In this document: positions 7,885-16,748 of the stretch, in pieces
How positions within the stretch are numbered: the stretch's first letter is position 1
How the letters are laid out: each line of letters opens with the position of its first letter
Source of the DNA: Minisyncoccota bacterium
GTDB lineage: Bacteria; Patescibacteriota; Minisyncoccia; Phycocordibacterales; UBA9973
NCBI GenBank assembly: GCA_041675045.1
Contig: JBAYUP010000001.1
Span: 24,094-88,093 of the forward strand
DNA: 64,000 nucleotides
Direction of reading: 5' to 3'
The notes under the pieces: model-generated
Told to the model about the DNA's origin: nothing
Databases searched by the model: none
What the model saw: the letters and a program-made list of their open reading frames with translations, nothing else
Translations under genes and position numbers: made by a program

Positions 7885-7999
7885 GTGAAATTTCTTATGT
7901 ACCCCACAGGAAATAAATACTCACTGCGAGCCCTCGTGATTTCCTACGGGGCAAGCATCTCTTAATTTACTTTTCACGACCGTGAAATTTCTTATGTAC
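7885..7999. repeat. 18-bp direct repeat GTGAAATTTCTTATGTAC (7885-7902 and 7982-7999) flanking hairpin copy 2 and the xer stop codon
   Basis: The second copy encodes the C-terminus of the recombinase (..VHKKFHG..). The first copy is a non-coding duplicate about 80 bp downstream, with further imperfect similarity extending about 12 more bp. Confidence 0.6.
7902..7951. repeat. Hairpin repeat copy 2: CCCCACAGGAAAT ... ATTTCCTACGGGG with nested CGAG-CCC-TCG
   Basis: Same architecture as the copy at 7487-7535. Confidence 0.45.
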
Positions 8000-8905
8000 A
8001 TCTCGTAACTGACTGTCGGTTACGTGCGTATATATTTGCGTTGTTGTGATATTCGCATGTCCGAGCATCATCTGTACCGAACGAATATCAGCACCATTTG
8101 AAAGCAAATCAGTGGCAAACGAGTGGCGAATAACGTGAGGTGTAACCTTTTTTGAAATACCAGCTTTTGTCGCATAATATTTAACGATTCGTTCAATCGA
8201 GCGGGGAGTGAGACGACCTGTCCCACCTGCACCATTACGTGAATACTGAATAAAGAGTGGCTCTGCTAAATCTTTGCGCGCTTTTAAATATGTACGAATA
8301 GCATCTTTTGCTGAAGGCGAGAGAAATACCACACGCACTTTTTCTCCTTTACCACGAATAGAAAACTCATCTTTTGATAAATCAAGATCACGATTAAGTG
8401 AGCATAATTCCGACAAACGAAGGCCTGTCGAGAAAAATAATTCGAGTATCGCCTTGTCACGAAGTGTTTTGAGTCCCTGTTCTGGCTTCACGTCATTTGT
8501 ATTAGGAGCAGAGAGAAGTCGACCAAGCTCATCACTTGAAATTAAATCAAGCGAACGCTCTTTGACTTTGGCTAAATCGATACGATCAGCGGGGAGGGAC
8601 TTGATCTCTCTCTTCATAAGATATTTGAGGAATGAACGAAGTGCAATGAGATGGTAGTTTTGGGTATTTTTCTTGAGCGTGGCTGATTGTTGTCCGCGAA
8701 CTTTCACTCCCGGTTGGCGATTCAAATGCAAACGAAATTCTCGAATCACATCATCGGTAATTTCCTTTGGGTCAATTACTTTGGAAAAGCTGAAAAAACG
8801 CGAAAGATAATAATCGTAATTAACTACGGTTTTTAAACTATTACCTTTCTCGATTTCTACATGCTCAAGAAATTCTCGTTTTAATTGTTCTATTTTTGAT
8901 GCCAT
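7967..8905 (-). CDS. xerC: Tyrosine recombinase, XerC/XerD family
   Basis: C-terminal catalytic region HVIRHSFATDLL...GADIRSVQMMLGHANITTTQIYTHV (HxxR and the Tyr nucleophile) and an N-terminal core-binding domain typical of Xer. Confidence 0.85.
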   Translation of the reverse strand: MASKIEQLKREFLEHVEIEKGNSLKTVVNYDYYLSRFFSFSKVIDPKEITDDVIREFRLHLNRQPGVKVRGQQSATLKKNTQNYHLIALRSFLKYLMKREIKSLPADRIDLAKVKERSLDLISSDELGRLLSAPNTNDVKPEQGLKTLRDKAILELFFSTGLRLSELCSLNRDLDLSKDEFSIRGKGEKVRVVFLSPSAKDAIRTYLKARKDLAEPLFIQYSRNGAGGTGRLTPRSIERIVKYYATKAGISKKVTPHVIRHSFATDLLSNGADIRSVQMMLGHANITTTQIYTHVTDSQLRDVHKKFHGREK

Positions 8906-8992
8906 AGATTCTTGTGTCGCACAATAATTATACCATTATTGTATACCCATTTACATAAGCGTATACTTGTAGATGAAAGGAGACTGCTCATT

Positions 8993-9382
8993 ATGAAATT
9001 CATGTTTTTGTTACTGTCATTTTTTTACACACAGGCTGTGTCTGCCCAGAAAACGTATCTTATTCCTCGGAGTTATACCAATTTTCATGAATACAAAATA
9101 AATCAATCACTCTATCGTGTTATGCAAACACAGTGCGGTGATAAATTGTTTTATTTTGATTCTGAAAATTCATGCTGGGAACATATTACTCTTACGGTAT
9201 GTGATACCTCTGGGTGCACAGAGGAACCAATACGCATTGGGGACTTAGATGTAGAAGGGAAGATACTGACGATCCACTACCACTATAATTGGATAGGGTT
9301 CGTACAATATATTTACCTCAATCCGCAAGGTACCCCTGACTGGCGAATGACAGCAAACCAAGAAGATTGGCAAAGATATTAA
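8993..9382 (+). CDS. Secreted hypothetical protein (signal peptide MKFMFLLLSFFYTQAVSA, Cys-containing)
   Basis: Start moved to the ATG at 8993, preceded by AAAGGAG. Signal-peptide-like N-terminus. Confidence 0.5.
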   Translation: MKFMFLLLSFFYTQAVSAQKTYLIPRSYTNFHEYKINQSLYRVMQTQCGDKLFYFDSENSCWEHITLTVCDTSGCTEEPIRIGDLDVEGKILTIHYHYNWIGFVQYIYLNPQGTPDWRMTANQEDWQRY

Positions 9383-9437
9383 TACAATCCGTATCTTTGC
9401 CAATTTTGCTTCACTTTCACGCCATAGGATAGGGGGC

Positions 9438-9466
9438 TTGCATTTTTTAGCAATATGTGCTAGTAT
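9438..9466 (+). promoter_or_regulatory. rpsO promoter: TTGCAT - 17 nt - TGcTAGTAT (extended -10), ending 9 nt before the ATG
   Basis: Spacing places the transcription start within 1-3 nt of the rpsO start codon, i.e. a leaderless or near-leaderless mRNA. Confidence 0.6.
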
Positions 9467-9475
9467 ATATAGGCA

Positions 9476-9739
9476 ATGTTAACAACAAAGAAAAAGAACA
9501 ATATTATAAAAAAGCACCAGTTGCACGATAAAGACACAGGAAGTCCTGATGTTCAGATTGCTATTTTGAGCAAACGAATCGATGAACTTGCAACTCACTT
9601 GAAGACACACAAGAAAGATAATCACTCTCGTCGCGGTCTCATCAAAATGGTTGCCGATCGCCGAGGCCATCTCAAGCATCTCGAAAAGACAGACACGAAG
9701 CGTCACGCAGTAGCAACAAAAAATATTAAAGATAAGTAA
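9476..9739 (+). CDS. rpsO: 30S ribosomal protein S15
   Basis: TGSPDVQIAILSKRIDELATHLKTHKKDNHSRRGL matches the S15 signature; the rpsO-pnp neighbourhood is conserved. Confidence 0.9.
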   Translation: MLTTKKKNNIIKKHQLHDKDTGSPDVQIAILSKRIDELATHLKTHKKDNHSRRGLIKMVADRRGHLKHLEKTDTKRHAVATKNIKDK

Positions 9740-9740
9740 T

Positions 9741-9780
9741 CAAAACGTTCTGACCTTATTCTGGTCAGAACGTTTTGATT
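9741..9780 (+). terminator. Terminator CAAAACGTTCTGACC-loop-GGTCAGAACGTTTTG
   Basis: Perfect 15-bp stem immediately after the rpsO stop. Confidence 0.7.
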
Positions 9781-9900
9781 TATACTTCTCGATCTTTGCC
9801 CTATTGGAATACTATAAGATACAGTATACTTGCAAAGGAAAGACATTTTATAAAATAGTTCCGCCACTTTTTTATTTGAGCGGATAGACACAATAATAAT

Positions 9901-10404
9901 ATGATTATAAAACATAAAGAACAACGCGTGGGGGTTTTTATCGATACATCGAATCTCTACCACAGTGCGAAAAATTTATACAAAAGAAAAGTAAACTTCG
10001 GACAAGTTTTAAAAGATGCTGTCGCTGGACGCAAACTCGTCCGTGCAATCGCCTACGTGATTACATCAGAGGGTGGGGAAGAGAAGAATTTTTTTGATGC
10101 CCTTACGAAACTCGGCATCGAAACAAAAACAAAAGAATTACAAATATTCTCTGGTGGAGCAAAGAAGGGGGACTGGGATGTCGGCATTGCGGTTGATGCT
10201 ATGAAGATGGCTCCAAAACTCGATGCAATTATTCTTGTCGCAGGAGATGGTGATTTTATCCCACTCGTAGAATACCTACAAAACACATCAGGCATCCAAG
10301 TCGAAGTTGTTTCATTCGGTAAATCATCATCAATGAAATTAAAAGAAGCCGCCGATGATTTCCTCGACCTCTCAGCAAGTCCACAGAAATATTTAATGAG
10401 ATAA
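9901..10404 (+). CDS. NYN domain (LabA-like, PIN-related) protein
   Basis: VGVFIDTSNLYHS...LVAGDGDFIPLVEYLQ...GIQVEVVSF is the typical NYN/LabA arrangement. Confidence 0.75.
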   Translation: MIIKHKEQRVGVFIDTSNLYHSAKNLYKRKVNFGQVLKDAVAGRKLVRAIAYVITSEGGEEKNFFDALTKLGIETKTKELQIFSGGAKKGDWDVGIAVDAMKMAPKLDAIILVAGDGDFIPLVEYLQNTSGIQVEVVSFGKSSSMKLKEAADDFLDLSASPQKYLMR

Positions 10405-10414
10405 ACATCCAACT

Positions 10415-10446
10415 AAACCGCACCCATTTACAAATGGGTGCGGTTT
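10415..10446 (+). terminator. Hairpin AAACCGCACCCATTT...AAATGGGTGCGGTTT after the NYN gene
   Basis: Perfect 15-bp stem with only a weak T-run. Confidence 0.5.
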
Positions 10447-10548
10447 GCTATGCTCTAGATATTACACGTAATCGGGTTATTCTCTGGACGGTTAGCGTTG
10501 AAACAAAAGTTTCAAAACTAGGGTCTGGAGATTAGCTCACATGGAAGT

Positions 10549-12675
10549 ATGCACAAGAAAGAATACGAAGTAGAAATCGGTGGTAAGAAAATTACCGCGC
10601 TTTTCAGTGATTTAGCAGACCAAGCAAATGGGTCGGTTATTTTGAAGTCAGAGGGAACCGTAGTTATGGCAACCGCAGTAATCTCAAAAGACGGGAAATC
10701 AAATCCAGGATTTTTTAATCTCACAGTAGAATATTTAGAAAAATTTTACGCTGCGGGTAAAATTCTCGGTAGTCAATTTAATCGTCGCGAGGGCAGGCCA
10801 TCTGACCAAGCAATTCTCGCTGCCCGAATGATTGACCGCACGATTCGTCCACTCTTTGACCATCACATCAAAAACGCCGTGCAGGTAATCGTCACCGTCA
10901 TCGCAATCGGCGATGCTGACCCAAAAACACTCGGCATCAATGCTACCTCACTCGCACTCCACGTGTCAGACATTCCATGGAACGGACCAATTGGTGCGGT
11001 TCATGTTAGTACAACGAAAGAAGACTCGGTTGTCACGATCAATCGCTATGTGCCAAGTGATGACGAACCAGTCTACACACTCGATCTTCTTGTGTGCGGA
11101 AAAGAACACACAATCAATATGATTGAGGCGATGGCCTTTGAGTACGGGAATGAAGTAATGGGGGAATGTTTCGAGAAGGCAGTCGTTGAAATTACAAAGT
11201 GGGAAACATTTGAAAAAATGATCGCAGGAGAAATCGGAAAAGCAAAACTTTCATTCCCTCGCCCAACTGCACCAGAAGAAATCAAAAGTCTCTTCGCAGA
11301 AAAAATCGCACCACTTCTCGATGCAAAATTAATCTCACCTGAAAGTAAGAAAGCAACTAGGGATGCAGAAACACTGTGGAATGCAATCCTTGAAGAAAAA
11401 TATGGTGACGATAAAGAAGCACTCTATGTCGGACAAGACCACATGCACCACTACCTCGACCATTCATTCCACAAAGCTGCTCTTGAAAAAGAAATGCGCG
11501 CTGATGGACGAGCCCTCGATGAAGTTCGGATGTTATACGCACAAGCTGGAGATATCTCTGATGTGTTACACGGTTCTGGAATCTTCTATCGAGGAGAAAC
11601 TCACGTGCTCTCTGTGCTCGCACTTGCAGGACCTGATGCGATGCACACCATTGATGGAATTGAATTCGCAGCAAAGAAACGATTCATGCATCACTACAAT
11701 TTCCCTCCATACTCAAGTGGTGAAACAGGTCGTGTCGGTGGAATCAATCGTCGCGAAATGGGGCATGGCTTTCTCGTTGAGAAAGCACTCACACCAGTTA
11801 TTCCAGAGAAATCATTGTTCCCATACACAATCCGTGTTGTGTCTGAATCAGTTGCATCGAACGGCTCGACATCTCAGGCATCTATCTGTGCCTCAACTAT
11901 CGCACTCATGGATGGTGGTGTGCCGATTACAAATCCTGTAGCTGGTATCTCTATCGGTGCAATGATTGATAGTGAAAATAAAAATAACTACAAACTCCTC
12001 ACTGACATTCAAGGACCAGAAGATCATTTTGGTGATATGGATTTCAAAATCGCTGGAACAAAAAACGGAATCACTGCTATTCAACTCGATGTAAAAGTTG
12101 ATGGTATCCCAACACAGATACTAAAGGAGGCTCTCGTCCGCGCTGAAAAAGCACGAATGAAAATCCTTGAAACAATCACAAAAGAAATAGCTGTTCCACG
12201 AGCTGACATATCGCCACGTGCTCCAAAGATTCTTGTAACTAAAATTAAGAAGGATCAAATCGGTATGGTCATCGGCCCTGGTGGTAAAAATATCAATGCT
12301 ATTCGCGAAGCAACGGGAACAGAAATTACTATCGAAGAAGATGGAACAATTTTTGTTACTGGCACAAACGGTGGTGCTGAAAAAGCTGTCTCAATTATCG
12401 AAGAAATGACTCACGAATATTCAATCGGAGACACTGCGACAGGTGAGGTTGTGAAACTGATGGACTTCGGCGCATTCGTACGGATAGGCAACAATACAGA
12501 GGGACTCGTGCATGTGTCAGAGATTGCCCCATTCCGTGTTGAAAAAGTTTCTGATATCCTTAAAGAAGGAGATCGTGTTCCCGTCAAAATAATTAAAGTT
12601 GACGAACGTGGACGACTTAACCTTTCTATCAAAGAAGCTGATCAAAACTTCTTTAAACCAAAAACTGATAAATAA
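10549..12675 (+). CDS. pnp: Polynucleotide phosphorylase (PNPase)
   Basis: 708 aa with two RNase PH-like halves, and KH and S1 domains at the C-terminus (S1: GEVVKLMDFGAFVRIGNNTEGLVHVSEIA). Conserved rpsO-pnp synteny. Confidence 0.95.
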   Translation: MHKKEYEVEIGGKKITALFSDLADQANGSVILKSEGTVVMATAVISKDGKSNPGFFNLTVEYLEKFYAAGKILGSQFNRREGRPSDQAILAARMIDRTIRPLFDHHIKNAVQVIVTVIAIGDADPKTLGINATSLALHVSDIPWNGPIGAVHVSTTKEDSVVTINRYVPSDDEPVYTLDLLVCGKEHTINMIEAMAFEYGNEVMGECFEKAVVEITKWETFEKMIAGEIGKAKLSFPRPTAPEEIKSLFAEKIAPLLDAKLISPESKKATRDAETLWNAILEEKYGDDKEALYVGQDHMHHYLDHSFHKAALEKEMRADGRALDEVRMLYAQAGDISDVLHGSGIFYRGETHVLSVLALAGPDAMHTIDGIEFAAKKRFMHHYNFPPYSSGETGRVGGINRREMGHGFLVEKALTPVIPEKSLFPYTIRVVSESVASNGSTSQASICASTIALMDGGVPITNPVAGISIGAMIDSENKNNYKLLTDIQGPEDHFGDMDFKIAGTKNGITAIQLDVKVDGIPTQILKEALVRAEKARMKILETITKEIAVPRADISPRAPKILVTKIKKDQIGMVIGPGGKNINAIREATGTEITIEEDGTIFVTGTNGGAEKAVSIIEEMTHEYSIGDTATGEVVKLMDFGAFVRIGNNTEGLVHVSEIAPFRVEKVSDILKEGDRVPVKIIKVDERGRLNLSIKEADQNFFKPKTDK

Positions 12676-12681
12676 CAATGT

Positions 12682-12801
12682 ATCCCGTTAGAGACCGCGG
12701 TCACGGTCTTAATACCACGGGTACAAATAAGACATTAACACAATAACTACAATGCGCAGGTATTTCACATGAATGTGATCGCGACCTGCCTCTAACGGGA
12801 T
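12682..12801 (+). promoter_or_regulatory. Inverted-repeat leader element, copy A: 5' arm ATCCCGTTAGAG (12682-12693), 3' arm CTCTAACGGGAT (12790-12801); the ATG at 12800 overlaps the 3' arm
   Basis: Perfect 12-bp inverted repeat around ~96 bp. The arms extend imperfectly (ACCGCGGTC ... GATCGCGACCTGC). Three further copies are in this window. Confidence 0.7.
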
Positions 12802-13714
12802 GGACGAAAAAACACCACAACAAAGTACCGAGCATGGCACCCCAGGAATACGAACATACGGAAGTGATATGGCTGATGCGATTCGTACAAATGAAGCGTC
12901 GGTAATTAAAATCGCACTTGCCGAACAAAAGAAAAGAGAGAGGGAAGCACTCACCCAAGTAGCCCAAGGAACAAAAACATCACGAGTGTTTCTCACACTC
13001 GGTGGCCTCATGTTTATTGTAGCTGCGATTCTTGGTGTTTCATTTGTTGTGCAACAAAAAACAAAAAAATCACTCCCCCAGGAAATCATAAGAAATCTTC
13101 CGGCGATTGTTTCATACGATGAAACACTATTTGCAGATGTTACTCCTATCACAGGAAGAGCAACAGTAGCCGATGGTATTAATAAAGAAATCTCGGATCA
13201 AACAAAGATAGGGTCTATACGGTCACTCTTCCTCACAAAACTTGTAAGTGGCACACCGAAAGTAATCACCATACAGGAATTGATTGGATTACTCGAAATG
13301 CGAATTCCTGAATCACTCCTTTCCTCATTGGCGCAAACATACATGATAGGAACATACGCACTTCCTGAAACCGATGAAACAGGCAAGCTCTACGGCAAAC
13401 AACATCTCTTTCTTTTGTTCCAAACAACTAACTACAATCAAACATACGCATCATTACTTGAATGGGAGAAGACAATGCTCGATGATATGTTCCTTCTTTT
13501 CAAAATTGATATTTCTGATAGAAAAATATTCGAAACACAATTTAAGGACACACTCATAGCAAACAAAGATGCTCGTGTTCTTGAAAAACCAAACGGTACT
13601 CCGGTCCTCTACTACATGTTCCTTGATAAAGAGACGTTTATCATAACCGATACAAAGGAAGCATTAAGAGAAATAGGATTACGATTAATCACTAAAAATA
13701 CGAAACCTCTCTAA
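12800..13714 (+). CDS. Hypothetical bitopic membrane protein (304 aa, one transmembrane helix then an extracytoplasmic domain)
   Basis: ORF begins right at the end of leader element A; hydrophobic segment LTLGGLMFIVAAILGVSFVV. Confidence 0.6.
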   Translation: MDEKTPQQSTEHGTPGIRTYGSDMADAIRTNEASVIKIALAEQKKREREALTQVAQGTKTSRVFLTLGGLMFIVAAILGVSFVVQQKTKKSLPQEIIRNLPAIVSYDETLFADVTPITGRATVADGINKEISDQTKIGSIRSLFLTKLVSGTPKVITIQELIGLLEMRIPESLLSSLAQTYMIGTYALPETDETGKLYGKQHLFLLFQTTNYNQTYASLLEWEKTMLDDMFLLFKIDISDRKIFETQFKDTLIANKDARVLEKPNGTPVLYYMFLDKETFIITDTKEALREIGLRLITKNTKPL

Positions 13715-13748
13715 TTGCAAAAGAGGTCGTGAATGATACAATACAGCT

Positions 13749-14099
13749 ATGAATACAGATACATACAAAAACAAATTACAAGAAGAGAAGAATTTACTTG
13801 AATCAGAGCTAACTCGCCTTGGACATTTCGACAAGAAATCTGAAGACTGGGAAGCGACCCCAAGTGAACAAATATTCCCAGAAGCAGATGAAAATGATCG
13901 TTCAGACCGCGCTGAAGATTTTGAAGAACGGACAGCGGTATTGAATACACTTGAAATACGATTAAACGACGTCAAAACTGCCCTCGGAAAAATTGACGCG
14001 GGAACATACGGAACATGTGAGAAATGTGGAAATCAGATTGAAGCCGACCGTCTCGAAGCAAATGGAGCGGCACGCACATGCAAAGCATGTATGGAATAA
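13749..14099 (+). CDS. DksA/TraR family C4-type zinc-finger protein
   Basis: C-terminal CEKCGNQIEADRLEANGAARTCKAC four-Cys motif with a coiled-coil N-terminus. Confidence 0.8.
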   Translation: MNTDTYKNKLQEEKNLLESELTRLGHFDKKSEDWEATPSEQIFPEADENDRSDRAEDFEERTAVLNTLEIRLNDVKTALGKIDAGTYGTCEKCGNQIEADRLEANGAARTCKACME

Positions 14100-14113
14100 A
14101 AGAGAGCGCTAAT

Positions 14114-14147
14114 AAAAAATCTCCCTATGGGAGATTTTTTATTTTTG
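14114..14147 (+). terminator. Terminator AAAATCTCCC-TAT-GGGAGATTTT then T-run
   Basis: Seen directly in the sequence. Confidence 0.65.
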
Positions 14148-14160
14148 ATATACTTTCCGT

Positions 14161-15729
14161 ATGTCATTCGCACGAATATATTCGGCGCAAACACATCTCT
14201 TAAAAGGGAAGATTGTTACTGTTGAAGTCGACATCACTCCAAACACACTTCACGCATTCACACTTGTCGGATTACCCGACAAGGCTGTCGATGAATCGAA
14301 AGATCGCATGAGTTCAGCTCTCAAGAATTCCGGCTTTCCATCTCCTAAAAATCAAAATCAAAAAATTGTTATCTCCCTCTCACCGGCGGATTTAAAAAAG
14401 GAAGGTCCGTATTTTGATTTAGCAATTGCACTTGCATATTTACTCTCATCAGGTGACATCGAATTTGATCCCGAAGGAAAAGTTTTTCTTGGTGAACTTT
14501 CTCTCAATGGTGAACTCCGTCCAATTAAAGGTGCACTTCCACTTGTCCAAGAAGCGAAGCGTGCCGGATTCAAAGAAATATTTTTACCATACGAAAACAA
14601 AGACGAAGCAGGCCTCATTGAGGGCATCACAATTTACGGAGCAAGAACACTCACCGAAGTTGTGAATCATATTTGTCTTCCAAAGAAAAATAAAAAAGGT
14701 GAAGTCATCGAACCAGAGAAACCGAAACTTACACCAACACCTCGCACGCACATTGCGCGCGGAGAAAAAATTCATGCGATTGATTTTTCAGATATTCGCG
14801 GACAAGAGGGTGCCAAACGTGGACTCTTGATTGCTGCTTCCGGAGGACACAATATCGCAATGTCAGGACCACCTGGCACTGGCAAGACGATGCTTGCTCG
14901 AGTATTCTCACACATTCTTCCTCCACTCTCTGATGAAGATATTTTAGAAGTTACTGGTATTCATTCTGTAGTTGGATTACTCGATGAGGGACTTGTCACT
15001 GAACCACCATTTCGTGCACCGCATCACACTGCAAGTTATGTATCACTCATCGGCGGAGGAGCAAACATCAAGCCGGGAGAAGTCACCCTCGCACACAAAG
15101 GAGTTCTCTTCCTCGATGAATTCCCAGAATTTGAAAAGCGTGTCCTTGAATCACTGCGCCAACCACTTGAAGATAATATAGTTTCTGTTTCGCGCGCGAA
15201 AGGTTCTGCAATTTTCCCTTCGAATTTTATTCTCGTTGCTGCCATGAATCCGTGTCCCTGCGGTAACAAGGGAAATAAGATGAAAGAATGCATTTGCAAA
15301 CCAATTGATTTAGATAGATATGCTCGTAAACTCTCTGGTCCGATTATGGATCGTATTGATATTTGGGTTACTGTCGGCGCAGTTGATTATGAAAAACTTT
15401 CTGAAGATAAACAAGAGGGTGAGAAGACAGAAATGCTAAAAGAAAAAGTGAAAAGTGCTCGGGTAATTCAAACAAAACGCTTCAAACAAGCCACACGAAA
15501 AATCACAAGCAATAGTGAAATGAATGTAAAAGAGTTAAACACGTTTGCTCCACTAACGCCCGAATTAAAACAGCTACTCAATCAAAGCGCTGAACGATTA
15601 CAACTATCGGCACGTGCATACCATCGAACAATTAAACTCGCTCGTACTATCGCTGACCTTGAGGGAAGTGAACACATCACCGCACCTCATATCCTCGAAG
15701 CATTACAATACAGACCTCGAACTAATTAG
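14161..15729 (+). CDS. comM: ComM/YifB family Mg-chelatase-like AAA+ ATPase (competence protein ComM)
   Basis: N-terminal Lon-protease-like S5 fold (MSFARIYSAQ..LKG.IVTVEVDI..), Walker A GPPGTGKT, a Cys cluster, and a size of 522 aa. Confidence 0.9.
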   Translation: MSFARIYSAQTHLLKGKIVTVEVDITPNTLHAFTLVGLPDKAVDESKDRMSSALKNSGFPSPKNQNQKIVISLSPADLKKEGPYFDLAIALAYLLSSGDIEFDPEGKVFLGELSLNGELRPIKGALPLVQEAKRAGFKEIFLPYENKDEAGLIEGITIYGARTLTEVVNHICLPKKNKKGEVIEPEKPKLTPTPRTHIARGEKIHAIDFSDIRGQEGAKRGLLIAASGGHNIAMSGPPGTGKTMLARVFSHILPPLSDEDILEVTGIHSVVGLLDEGLVTEPPFRAPHHTASYVSLIGGGANIKPGEVTLAHKGVLFLDEFPEFEKRVLESLRQPLEDNIVSVSRAKGSAIFPSNFILVAAMNPCPCGNKGNKMKECICKPIDLDRYARKLSGPIMDRIDIWVTVGAVDYEKLSEDKQEGEKTEMLKEKVKSARVIQTKRFKQATRKITSNSEMNVKELNTFAPLTPELKQLLNQSAERLQLSARAYHRTIKLARTIADLEGSEHITAPHILEALQYRPRTN

Positions 15730-16514
15730 ATTATCTTTTCTAAACGTTTTGCTTCAGCCCAGGCAAGTTCGTAGATTTTTTTCATTGCATCGGCAATTTC
15801 ACTAGACTCAATGATGATACCTAGTTTCTCACGCCATGAGGCAATCATAACTTTATTATCATAGATATTTATTTCAGGAGAAAAGTAGAATTTATCCGCC
15901 GGAACGAATGCACTTTGCCGAGCTTCATCCTTATCATGGATACTGCGCTCTATTCCTATTTCCGTTTTAGGAATAATTGCTCGAATTTCTATGCCAGCAC
16001 TTGCCCGACGTTTATAGTATTTAGGGAAATAGTTAGGAAGCGCGGCATGCATGTCATCTACTGTCGCATATGCCCGAATAGGTTCATGTGAAGTAAGTGT
16101 ATCTTCATATACTTCTACTAATCCTTCTGTTCCCTCATAGAATCGCACGCGGGGACGACCAGCAAGATTGTGCATGGATTTAAGTTCAGGAATAAGTGAT
16201 TCTGCTTTTTTTAATGCTTCATGTTTATGCCTGATATCTTCAGCAATAAATTTTTCAATATTTTCGGGAGATTCTGCGCTATATTCTTGTTTTGGCTCTT
16301 TCCCTGAAATAGAGACGAGCCCTTTTGCAGAGAGGGAATCAAGGATATCATAGCCAGTTGTACGATTTATATTAGCGCTTCGGGATATCTGAGAAACGGT
16401 TCCTCGACCAATGGAAAGAAGGGCAAGATACACTCCTGCCTCTTTCTCTGAAAGACCTATCTCTATAAGTGCCTGTTCAAGCTTTATATGCTCTTGGTTC
16501 TTGTTATTTTTCAC
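15726..16514 (-). CDS. TrmB family transcriptional regulator
   Basis: N-terminal TrmB-type helix-turn-helix (IGLSEKEAGVYLALLSIGRGTVSQISRSANINRTTGYDILDSLSAKGLV). Confidence 0.8.
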   Translation of the reverse strand: MKNNKNQEHIKLEQALIEIGLSEKEAGVYLALLSIGRGTVSQISRSANINRTTGYDILDSLSAKGLVSISGKEPKQEYSAESPENIEKFIAEDIRHKHEALKKAESLIPELKSMHNLAGRPRVRFYEGTEGLVEVYEDTLTSHEPIRAYATVDDMHAALPNYFPKYYKRRASAGIEIRAIIPKTEIGIERSIHDKDEARQSAFVPADKFYFSPEINIYDNKVMIASWREKLGIIIESSEIADAMKKIYELAWAEAKRLEKII

Positions 16515-16629
16515 CTAATAAGTATATATTATGGTCGGTATTTGTGTCAATTACTTTCCACAATTATTATTAGTAGTATTTACATACTATATTTTAATAG
16601 TAATTTTTATATATTTATGACGATATTTA

Positions 16630-16657
16630 TTGACAAAGTTATAAGATTTACTATAAT
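16630..16657 (+). promoter_or_regulatory. Near-consensus sigma70 promoter TTGACA - 16 nt - TATAAT
   Basis: In the AT-rich divergent region between the TrmB gene and the Cys-rich gene. Confidence 0.55.
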
Positions 16658-16748
16658 GAATCTCACGGGATAAATATAGGTTATTAATTTATGACTATTC
16701 TTATATCAAGAGCACCACTTCTTTTTTAGCACTATTAAATAACAAATT

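Noticed and set aside
7430-7966. Chromosomal dif site next to the Xer recombinase
   Set aside because: No 28-bp dif-like core (two 11-bp arms around a 6-bp spacer) recognisable; the locus is about 42 kb from oriC rather than at a terminus; the repeats present are hairpin elements instead.
10913-12632. Antisense and alternative-frame ORFs inside pnp (for example 11357..11674(-), 11363..11941(+))
   Set aside because: Fully embedded in a high-confidence conserved gene, with no independent signals.
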